Of a stretch of DNA of 13,307 bases, positions 1 through 7,388 are shown piece by piece; the first letter of the stretch is position 1; each line of letters begins with the position of its first letter. Made by a program: the position numbers and the translations under genes. Under the pieces are notes generated by a model. That model ran no database searches. It was not told the DNA's origin and saw nothing but the letters and a program-made list of their open reading frames with translations. The stretch comes from Thermococcus sp. JdFR-02 (GTDB lineage Archaea > Methanobacteriota_B > Thermococci > Thermococcales > Thermococcaceae), in the NCBI GenBank assembly GCA_002009975.1, contig MTLP01000027.1, positions 1 to 13,307 of the forward strand. The letters run 5' to 3'.

Positions 1-112
1 TTTGTAGAATAGGTTAGTTTGGTAGAATAGCCCGTTTTTTTATGGGCAAACTGAAAAACCAAGGATAAATAAATCCCCCCACATAAGCATCAACGCCAAT
101 TCGTCCCCTTCA

Positions 113-127
113 CTTATAAATCTTTTG
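113..127 (-). promoter_or_regulatory. Putative BRE/TATA promoter firing leftwards downstream of priS
   Basis: Minus strand CAAAAGA-TTTATAAG is a near-consensus Thermococcales promoter; its target is not visible in the window. Confidence 0.5.
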
Positions 128-146
128 AAGAAGAGTTAGAAACGAA

Positions 147-1175
147 TTATTTCTCCTGAGTTTCAAGCCAGATTTTGTAAGCTTCTTCAACCTCTCTTTT
201 TCTGAACTTTGGAACAGCATCTTTGAATGGGTTGAACTTCTTCAAATCATCTTCTTTTGTCCCAATGTATGTAGCCACAAGCCCAACTTTTGAATGCAGA
301 CTTGAAGGTACCCTTAAAATCCTCTTAACATCTATTGTAACTCTACCATCAAAATAGGCTTTTGAAAATGTGCTTGAGAGAGCAAAGAGCTTTAACAGGG
401 TTTTATATCCTATGCCTCTTGGAAAAGCTGTTAGAAGTGCCTTTTTCACGAATCCTCTAAGAATCTCTTCCCTACTGTTTAAAATCTTGTTTATGTTGCT
501 CTTGTTTATCCCAATATTCCTGAGGTGTTCAAAGCGAATTCTCATTATGAAATAACCAAAGCGAAGTCTAAAAGCTCTATAATAACCAGAAGAGAGCATA
601 ATTTTCCTGCTTTGCAAATCTTCAAAAGTTATCTCGTTAGCTGTACTTATATATGCCAAAATCTTTTCCCTTGCCTTTGCATCTAAATCCAAAGCCCAAT
701 CATCGAGTATTCTTATGTGATAACCTCTTCCTGAATACACCAAGTGGATATCTTCAAAGCCAAAATCCTCCTTTAAAATGACGAGGGTATCTTTGGCTAA
801 TTCTTTTGCATCTTCTAAGCAAATTGGGCAGACAGTTCCAGCTTCATGATTACAGCGCCTTAAAGGCAAGTCTTTTGCATCAATGTCAAAAACTAATTCT
901 GCTCCTAACCAACCCTCCATTTCTTTAGGTTCATCATAGAGAGCTACACTTGAATAAATAGCGTAGGGAGATGTAATTCTAACGTAATCCTCTAAATCTC
1001 TAACATCGTGAAAAACATTCTTTCTATCGCTTGGTCCTTCTCCATTATGATCAAAACCAAATTCTCTGTTCTCAAGAGTTTTTACTATAAAATCGGGCAA
1101 TTTTTTAGCACTCCATTCCCTCGAATAGTAAAGCTTTCTTTCCTTTTTTGTTGCTTCTCTCAACAGCTCACTCAC
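147..1175 (-). CDS. priS: DNA primase catalytic (small) subunit PriS
   Basis: AEP motifs: REFGFD, ELVFDIDAKD (catalytic DxD), zinc-binding CNHxxxxxCPIC, YSGRGYH, DGRVTIDVKRILRVPSSLH. The ORF track starts at 1193; GTG at 1175 (MSELLREATK) is preferred because it follows GAGGAG/AGTGA and overlaps the priL stop by 8 nt. Confidence 0.97.
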   Translation of the reverse strand: MSELLREATKKERKLYYSREWSAKKLPDFIVKTLENREFGFDHNGEGPSDRKNVFHDVRDLEDYVRITSPYAIYSSVALYDEPKEMEGWLGAELVFDIDAKDLPLRRCNHEAGTVCPICLEDAKELAKDTLVILKEDFGFEDIHLVYSGRGYHIRILDDWALDLDAKAREKILAYISTANEITFEDLQSRKIMLSSGYYRAFRLRFGYFIMRIRFEHLRNIGINKSNINKILNSREEILRGFVKKALLTAFPRGIGYKTLLKLFALSSTFSKAYFDGRVTIDVKRILRVPSSLHSKVGLVATYIGTKEDDLKKFNPFKDAVPKFRKREVEEAYKIWLETQEK

Positions 1176-2445
1176 TCTTTTCACTCTCCTCACTCCTCTT
1201 TCTGCTCTCCAAATAGAGCTTTCTCAAATAATAAGTTAAGGGATTTCTAATATACCTGCAATCTTTGTCAGGCTTGCAGAGTTGGGGTGCATTGGCCCTT
1301 ATCTTATCACAATTTGGCGGGAAGTACCAAGTTGAGTTGCCGCTTTCTTCTAAGGTTGGATAGCTCGTATAACCAAAGCCGAGATGATACCAAACATTCT
1401 TAACTTCATTAGGCTGATCTTCAAAAAGTGGAGGATTACAGCGATTACCAGCGTCGATAATTATAGGAAGAATCTCCTTCTCAATGATGCTCAAATCCTT
1501 TATGCAGTCCTTAACTCTAACGTTCCTTTTAGATGGATTTGGACAAATCCTTGCATAACTTATGAAAGACGTTAATAAAACTGTGATCGCATAGTTTCTG
1601 AGTCCAGAGGGGACACCACCTAAGGCTATCTTTATGCATGGTGGGAATAGATCAAATTTTAGTGGTTGTGCACTAGCTTTTTCAATTATCCCAAGCCTTT
1701 TTTTGAAATATTTCCTAGCTATTTCGTTCAATCGATGATATAGCTCGGAGTAATAATTTTGAAAAATCTCATCCCTATTTTCGTAAATTTTATTTACCGC
1801 TCGTTCGATGTTAAGTTCAAATGAACGTTGCCATGCGTTGATTAACATTCCCTTTTGTATATATACATAACCTCCTTTGACATAATATTTCTTTAAATCA
1901 TCCCCAATAAATTTGAAAAAATCGCTAATGTGAATCTTGAATTTCAACTCTTTATTCTCCCTATCTTCTATATCCAGTTCATCTTTCCATAATATCTTTT
2001 CCAGAATTATCCTATCTCTCTGATCAATTTCGTTTTTTGTAACGGCTTTGACTTTTATAGATAGCTGGTTAACTAGATTGTTAAGCTTCTCTGTTTGTTT
2101 AGAGGGCAGTATTTCCTTTTTGGTTTCTCTAATTCGTTGTTCAAATCTTGATCTATATATCTCTAAATTTGTTAACTTTACTAGTTCCATCTCTAGTCCA
2201 TATGGAGAAACCACTAATGCTCCTAATAGGGCATAAAATGTCATGATATCATAGAGTTCACCTTTTGTTCTATCCAAGTTAATTATATCATCAGGAGGAT
2301 AATTTTGAGTATTTATCCACGAAACTCTTTCTAGTGCTGTATTAACGTCTATTCTCGCTGGAATAATACTAAGAAACTCATTTAATGATTCAATACCTAC
2401 ACTGTTGAGATACTCCAAAGCTTTTTTACCAAACGGGTCTAACAT
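1168..2445 (-). CDS. priL: DNA primase large (regulatory) subunit PriL
   Basis: MLDPFG N-terminus and C-terminal Fe-S domain motifs FPPCI, G(L)RNYAITVLLTSF, WYFPPNCDKI, LCKPDKDCRYIRNPLTYY. AGGTGAG RBS upstream; overlaps priS. Confidence 0.96.
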   Translation of the reverse strand: MLDPFGKKALEYLNSVGIESLNEFLSIIPARIDVNTALERVSWINTQNYPPDDIINLDRTKGELYDIMTFYALLGALVVSPYGLEMELVKLTNLEIYRSRFEQRIRETKKEILPSKQTEKLNNLVNQLSIKVKAVTKNEIDQRDRIILEKILWKDELDIEDRENKELKFKIHISDFFKFIGDDLKKYYVKGGYVYIQKGMLINAWQRSFELNIERAVNKIYENRDEIFQNYYSELYHRLNEIARKYFKKRLGIIEKASAQPLKFDLFPPCIKIALGGVPSGLRNYAITVLLTSFISYARICPNPSKRNVRVKDCIKDLSIIEKEILPIIIDAGNRCNPPLFEDQPNEVKNVWYHLGFGYTSYPTLEESGNSTWYFPPNCDKIRANAPQLCKPDKDCRYIRNPLTYYLRKLYLESRKRSEESEKSE

Positions 2446-2486
2446 TGACTCACCTTAAAGTAAATTGAGAATTGAAAATAAAACAC

Positions 2487-4391
2487 TTATGCTTTTCTCA
2501 CCTCAACCCATGTAGAGTGATAAGCTGATGCCTTGCCATAATCATCATTTACTTCATCCGTTGTAAGGAAATTAACGTTCCATCCCAATAGCTTAGCCCA
2601 GAAAGCCTTATACAATACAACAACCCCTTTTTGAACATCTTCTGTAACTTTTACCTTAGTTTTGATGCTCCCAAATTCATTGTAGACCTCAACCAAGTCA
2701 CCATCACGAATACCTCTCTCTTCAGCATCTTTTGGATTCATGTAAAGATTAGCATCGATAATTTTGTAGGTGTTATGGTATTGACTTGTGACTGTAAATC
2801 TGTATGTTGGACTTAGCAACTGCAGTCCTTTGCCTTCAATGGGTTTGTATTGTGGAAACGGCGAAAGACCTCTTTTGAGAGCTCTTTGGGAGTAAAATTC
2901 AATCTTTCCACTTGGTGTATTATATCCACGCTCTTTCTCCTCAACTTTAATAAATCCTTTCTCTTTCAGCTCATCAAAGCTCAATCCATTCATCTCAAGG
3001 ATCTTTCTGATTATTTCTTCCTCACTTTCGTAGAGGTAAGGATTTTTAATCCCCAAGGCTTTGGCTAGGAGCTTTGTCACTTCATAGTTACTTTTTCCTG
3101 CTATTTCAATGACCTTCTCATTTAATGAAATGTAGCGATGATAGTAGGAATCGGCTATGTCTAATCTTTCAAAGAAAGTGTTCGCTGGTAAAACAACATC
3201 AGCAAATAAAGCCGTATCTGTCAAGAATATATCATGAACGACAACAAAGACATCGTTTTCTTTTAGGGCTTTTCTAAGGCGATTTTGATTTGGTAAAGAT
3301 GCTAGGGGATTTGAATTGTAAATATAGAGGAACTTTATCTCACCATTTTCAATGTATTTCGCTAATTCCATTTGAGGAATCCTTTTGATTGGTTTTGTCC
3401 TTAAGAATTTGCCCTCAGCGTAGCTTTTGTCTATTGTTTTCATGTCATAGATAAAACCAAATTTGTGACCGACTAATGCAGGTAGGATACCTACAGCTCT
3501 AATTGCCTCTCCCCCGATTAAACTTCTTTGAAATCCATAACCTATGTGAATTATCCCTCTTTTTTCTGCATATTCAAAAGCAAACTCCTCAATCCTTTCT
3601 CTATTTAATCCAGTCTTTTTACTAATAAAGTCCAAGTCAAGCTTTGAAACGTACTCTTTAAACTCCTTAAAACCAAAGACATTTTTCCTAACAAAATCCC
3701 TATCATAAATTTCGTTTTCAATTATAAGCTTTGCAATTCCTAAGGCAAACAGAACATCTGTATTTGGCTTTATTCGGAAAAACTTATCACTTCTCTTTGC
3801 AGTTTCTGTCTTTATTACATCAACGCTCCAAATTTGTAAACCAAAGCGTTTAGCGAGCATGAAGCCATGAAGATTTGTCCAGAAGGCATTAATTCCCCAA
3901 TATACAATTAGTTCCTGTTCCCTTAGCTTTTCAGGATCTAACCCTATAGCAGTCCCATAAATATCCTTTAAAGCTTCCTGTCCAGCTTTATCGCAGATTC
4001 CATAATCTAGAAAGCTCGTGTTTAAGTAATGGAAAAGTCTAAGTGGAAAAGCGTAGTTTATAACTCCTCTATCCCCAGCGTATTGATAAACTAAAACGCT
4101 CTCACTCCCATAATCCCTAATTGTTTCCTCTAACTTTTTGGCGATTAAGTTAATTGCTTCATCCCAAGAACTTTCTCTAAAATTGTTTTTACCCCTCTCT
4201 CCAGTTCTAATTAATGGAGTCTTCAATCTTTCTTCACTATGAACCCATTTTGGAAGCATAGCTCCTTTAGGACATAAAAATCCACCTGTTATTGGATGAT
4301 TTGGATTTCCTCTCACCTTTATCTTGTCATTTTTAATCTCAGTGACCATAGCACAAGTGTCATAGCAATCCCTCATACAGGTATTGAACAT
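2487..4391 (-). CDS. Molybdopterin (Mo/W-bisPGD, DMSO reductase family) oxidoreductase, cytoplasmic, substrate unknown
   Basis: N-terminal [4Fe-4S] motif CMRDCYDTC...GFLCPKG; RLKTPLIR, SWDEAI, DIFLTDTALFADVVLPA; C-terminal molydopterin-binding domain MNPKDAEERGIRDGDLVEVYN. No twin-arginine leader. GGAGGG RBS. Confidence 0.92.
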   Translation of the reverse strand: MFNTCMRDCYDTCAMVTEIKNDKIKVRGNPNHPITGGFLCPKGAMLPKWVHSEERLKTPLIRTGERGKNNFRESSWDEAINLIAKKLEETIRDYGSESVLVYQYAGDRGVINYAFPLRLFHYLNTSFLDYGICDKAGQEALKDIYGTAIGLDPEKLREQELIVYWGINAFWTNLHGFMLAKRFGLQIWSVDVIKTETAKRSDKFFRIKPNTDVLFALGIAKLIIENEIYDRDFVRKNVFGFKEFKEYVSKLDLDFISKKTGLNRERIEEFAFEYAEKRGIIHIGYGFQRSLIGGEAIRAVGILPALVGHKFGFIYDMKTIDKSYAEGKFLRTKPIKRIPQMELAKYIENGEIKFLYIYNSNPLASLPNQNRLRKALKENDVFVVVHDIFLTDTALFADVVLPANTFFERLDIADSYYHRYISLNEKVIEIAGKSNYEVTKLLAKALGIKNPYLYESEEEIIRKILEMNGLSFDELKEKGFIKVEEKERGYNTPSGKIEFYSQRALKRGLSPFPQYKPIEGKGLQLLSPTYRFTVTSQYHNTYKIIDANLYMNPKDAEERGIRDGDLVEVYNEFGSIKTKVKVTEDVQKGVVVLYKAFWAKLLGWNVNFLTTDEVNDDYGKASAYHSTWVEVRKA

Positions 4392-4500
4392 AATGCTCCC
4401 TCCTTTAGGATAGCTACAACAAAAAAATAAAAAAGTTTTGACACCATTAAAAATTCAGTGACAAATATTGTAGAAAATACAGAAGATTAAAGAACTTACT

Positions 4501-4517
4501 CCAAAAATCTTATATTA
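4501..4517 (+). promoter_or_regulatory. Putative BRE/TATA promoter for the KaiC-like gene pair
   Basis: CCAAAAATC-TTATATTA matches the archaeal purine-rich BRE + TATA pattern, about 90 nt upstream of ATG 4604. Confidence 0.55.
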
Positions 4518-4603
4518 CCTAAGGGAATAAAATAAAAATTAGACATGCTTCAATGTGAAGTTTGGAAACCGATCATGAAATTACTAATCATAAGGTGAGC
4601 AAA

Positions 4604-5353
4604 ATGGATAACCGCCCGATTATAAAAAGAATAAAAAGCGGAATCCCAGGCTTTGATGAATTAATTCAAGGCGGATTCCCTGAAAACACAACGATATTAG
4701 TTTCTGGTAGTACTGGTACTGGAAAAACAACTTTTGGGGCTCAATTTGTATATATGGGAGCCAAGGAATATGGAGAGCCTGGAGTGTTTGTTACATTAGA
4801 AGAGAGGGCTAAAGACTTGAGAAGAGAGGCAAAATCATTTGGATGGGATTTTGAAAAATACGAAAAAGAAGGCTTAATAGCGATAGTTGATGGTGTTAGC
4901 TCTACTGTTGGACTACCATCTGAAGAAAGATTCGCACTTGAAGATAGATTCAACGTTGACAACTTTTTGAGATATGTATACAAGGTTGTCAAACAGATAA
5001 ATGCTAAGCGTCTCGTTATAGACTCAGTTCCATCATTGGCTTTTAGGCTAGAGGAGGAGAAGAAAATCAGAGAGGTTCTCCTAAAACTAAACACGATATT
5101 GCTTGAAATGGGGGTAACTACTATTCTGACAACTGAAGCCCCAGACCCAGCAGCTGGTAGAATAAGTAGGTATGGAATGGAGGAGTATATTTCGAGAGGT
5201 GTTGTTATTCTAGACCTACAAGAAAAGAATATCGAGCTAAAGCGTTATCTCCTCATAAGAAAGATGCGTGAAACTAAACACTCTATGAGAAAATACCCAT
5301 TTGAGATAACGGATCATGGAATCGTTGTGTACCCAAGTGGAGAAATTTACTGA
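4604..5353 (+). CDS. KaiC-like / RecA-superfamily ATPase (COG0467), single domain, intact motifs
   Basis: SGIPGFDELIQGGFP, Walker A GSTGTGKT, catalytic TLEE, Walker B RLVIDS, C-terminal IRKMRETKHS. Closely resembles Pyrococcus horikoshii PH0186 as recalled. Start moved from TTG 4562 to ATG 4604, which follows the AGGTGAG RBS. Confidence 0.93.
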   Translation: MDNRPIIKRIKSGIPGFDELIQGGFPENTTILVSGSTGTGKTTFGAQFVYMGAKEYGEPGVFVTLEERAKDLRREAKSFGWDFEKYEKEGLIAIVDGVSSTVGLPSEERFALEDRFNVDNFLRYVYKVVKQINAKRLVIDSVPSLAFRLEEEKKIREVLLKLNTILLEMGVTTILTTEAPDPAAGRISRYGMEEYISRGVVILDLQEKNIELKRYLLIRKMRETKHSMRKYPFEITDHGIVVYPSGEIY

Positions 5354-5377
5354 CGTTAATTGCAAGGGGGATCCTAA

Positions 5378-6151
5378 TTGGTGCAGACAATGTCACCCTT
5401 ACTTGAGGAAGATAAGATTGAAAGAAGTGTTGAACGCATCCCTACTGGCATAATAGATGATCTAATTATGGGAGGAATACCGAGAGGAAGCGTGATTCTT
5501 TTAATTGGAGACCCAAAAGCAGGTAAAACAACTTTTGTCACCCAATTCATGTATAATCAACTAAAAAATGGAATTTCTACTATTGGAATATTAACCGATG
5601 TTGCAAAGCATGAGTTTATTAGCAATGCGCTGGATTTTGGATGGGATTTTATGCCGTTCTTAGAGGAGAGGGTACATTTCCTAGATGCTTATTCCCAGAG
5701 ATTAAGGGGAAAGCCGAGATTCAGCTTTGATGAAACTGTCGTTACAGATGTTAGCGATACGACTCAACTAATAGAGGCTATAAAAGATGTAACTTTAAAA
5801 GTCCTTGCCGATAAAAATCCCCCGATGATAACTGGTGTAATCTCTTCATTAACCCCGATCTTTTTTGAAACAGAGATTAAGCAGATTTACAAGTTTTTAG
5901 AGGATTTGAAAGACCTTGTGCATAGACAAAAGCAAGTATGGATATTAGAGATGAACTCCGGAATAGAAGAACCCCAAATAGAGATGATGGTAAAGGCAAT
6001 AGTCGATGGAATTATCGAGATGAAGCTCATGGAAGAGCAAAGAACCTTAAAGAGGTATCTTAGGGTTTATGGAATGAGGAGAACCAAGCACGTTCTCTCA
6101 TGGGTACCCTATGAAATAACCAACTATGGAATTCAAGTTCAAAGCATCTAA
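5378..6151 (+). CDS. KaiC-like / RecA-superfamily ATPase paralog with degenerate catalytic motifs
   Basis: RIPTGIIDDLIMGGIPRGS, Walker A GDPKAGKT, FGWDF, RYLRVYGMRRTKH. The EE motif is replaced (ILTD) and Walker B lacks its Asp (GVISS). Start could be TTG 5378, GTG 5381 or ATG 5390; AGGGGGA upstream. Confidence 0.88.
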   Translation: MVQTMSPLLEEDKIERSVERIPTGIIDDLIMGGIPRGSVILLIGDPKAGKTTFVTQFMYNQLKNGISTIGILTDVAKHEFISNALDFGWDFMPFLEERVHFLDAYSQRLRGKPRFSFDETVVTDVSDTTQLIEAIKDVTLKVLADKNPPMITGVISSLTPIFFETEIKQIYKFLEDLKDLVHRQKQVWILEMNSGIEEPQIEMMVKAIVDGIIEMKLMEEQRTLKRYLRVYGMRRTKHVLSWVPYEITNYGIQVQSI

Positions 6152-6156
6152 CTCAA

Positions 6157-6172
6157 CCAAAAAATTTTTAAT
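6157..6172 (+). promoter_or_regulatory. Putative BRE/TATA promoter for a leaderless OB-fold/TctA transcript
   Basis: CCAAAAAA-TTTTTAAT ends 23 nt before ATG 6195, which has no RBS. This is the spacing expected for a leaderless archaeal mRNA. Confidence 0.55.
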
Positions 6173-6194
6173 TCTGAAGCTGTTACTTATAATC

Positions 6195-7388
6195 ATGGTC
6201 AAAAAGAAAATATTAAATTTAGTATTGCTGACACTTGTTATAGTTTTATTGACGGGGCTCTATACAATTGGTGGTGATGTTGTTTCATCAAAAACTCTCC
6301 AAGAAGCCGAAAAAGGAGATATAGTGGAATTCCATGGAATGTGTGTAAAGGCTAAGGACAGCTACAGCGTGTTATTCAATGGAAAAGAGAGCATTGTTGT
6401 GTTTGAAAGGCTAAACGTTAGCCAAATATACGAGATTAAGGGTAAGCTCTATCAGGAAAAGGGTATAATTCCAATTTCAATCAAAAAAGCAGAAAAAGAA
6501 AAGTTGAATGTAACAAAAATAAAGGGCGCTATTTGGTGGGAAAACAGCAAATGTTACCTACTAACCCCACAGAAGATTTACTTACAAAGATGTTTGGAGA
6601 TAGAAAAAGGAAAAGTTATTGAAGCTGAGGGGATAATTTATGATGATATCTTTTACCCAATTTTTTATAGGGAGGGGGACTATTTAAAGAATCCAATGGA
6701 TGGAATGCCTTACAAAATTAATGGGACCGTTCTTTACGGAGGAAATCCTGCTACAATCTGGAAAAATGAAAAGATAAAAGTTTATTTGCCATACAAAGTT
6801 ACTCTCAAAGAAGGGCAAAAAGTTGAAATTCTTGGAATAGCCGACTTAAAATCTACATTAACTCTTTATGTCAGCTCACAAGAGGATGTGAAGTTATTAA
6901 ATAACACAGAAGTCTCTAAAATAGGCAATGAAAGAGTTGGAGATATTGTAAGTGGAACATGCCAGGTTATTAAGAGCTCAAGATTTTTGAAATTAAACTG
7001 CACAAAGCTGAGGTTTTATGGATTTAATGCTAATGTGGGAGACATAATTAAATTCAAAGCCCTTAGAAGAGAAAACTCATTGTACTGCCTAAGCTGTAGC
7101 ATTAAAATTCCTAGAAGGAGCTTAGAGAACTCAATCTGTGCTCCAAAGGAAGGAATAATAAAAGTCCATGGTCAGGTTAAAGAAGTTAAGATTTACAAAA
7201 ATGGTTTCGGATTAGCCAACATTACCTACAGGAACTGCTCTATTCTGCTAAAACTAAGGAAGTCTCTAAATATAGCAATAGCTGAGAATCAAACTATAAC
7301 CGCTTTTGGATACTACACAACATATAGAGGAAAGCCAGCTTTGGAAGTACAATCGAGGGAAGATATATGTTTAGAGAACTGTTCTTAG
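6195..7388 (+). CDS. Membrane-anchored/secreted protein with predicted tandem OB-fold domains
   Basis: MVKKK plus hydrophobic helix (ILNLVLLTLVIVLLTGLYTI), then about five 60-80 aa beta-rich units with recurring GDIVEFHG / GKVIEAEG / GQKVEILG / GDIIKFKA / NQTITAFG strands. The last ends GYYTTYRGKPALEVQSREDI, resembling RPA/YhcR-type OB folds. The ORF track start (6126) overlaps the upstream gene; 6195 is preferred. Confidence 0.7.
   Translation: MVKKKILNLVLLTLVIVLLTGLYTIGGDVVSSKTLQEAEKGDIVEFHGMCVKAKDSYSVLFNGKESIVVFERLNVSQIYEIKGKLYQEKGIIPISIKKAEKEKLNVTKIKGAIWWENSKCYLLTPQKIYLQRCLEIEKGKVIEAEGIIYDDIFYPIFYREGDYLKNPMDGMPYKINGTVLYGGNPATIWKNEKIKVYLPYKVTLKEGQKVEILGIADLKSTLTLYVSSQEDVKLLNNTEVSKIGNERVGDIVSGTCQVIKSSRFLKLNCTKLRFYGFNANVGDIIKFKALRRENSLYCLSCSIKIPRRSLENSICAPKEGIIKVHGQVKEVKIYKNGFGLANITYRNCSILLKLRKSLNIAIAENQTITAFGYYTTYRGKPALEVQSREDICLENCS

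Noticed and set aside
1-146. CRISPR leader/array or a second C/D box sRNA at the left edge
   Set aside because: The only repeat is 9 nt with a 9-nt gap, no ~30-nt CRISPR repeat is present, and no properly spaced C/D'/C'/D set could be built on either strand.
370-3068. Short plus-strand ORFs (370-555, 1008-1250, 1384-1575, 2048-2236, 2631-2816, 2850-3068)
   Set aside because: All lie antisense within priS, priL or the oxidoreductase and show no recognisable motifs; shadow ORFs.
4560-4569. SurR site (GTT-N3-AAC) in the divergent promoter region
   Set aside because: The spacing is N4 (GTT-TGGA-AAC), not N3.
4604-6151. A circadian clock (kaiABC) or a RadA/RadB recombinase
   Set aside because: No kaiA/kaiB in the window, single-domain proteins, no apparent Ser-Thr phosphosite pair; the motifs fit COG0467 rather than RadA/RadB.
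147-6151. Inteins in primase or KaiC-like ATPases; selenocysteine in the oxidoreductase
   Set aside because: Protein lengths are ordinary, no intein or LAGLIDADG blocks were seen, and the oxidoreductase ORF has no in-frame TGA.
4562-6194. Longer N-termini in the ORF track for the first KaiC gene (4562) and the OB-fold gene (6126)
   Set aside because: The RBS at 4593-4599 and the promoter spacing at 6157-6172 favour ATG 4604 and ATG 6195.
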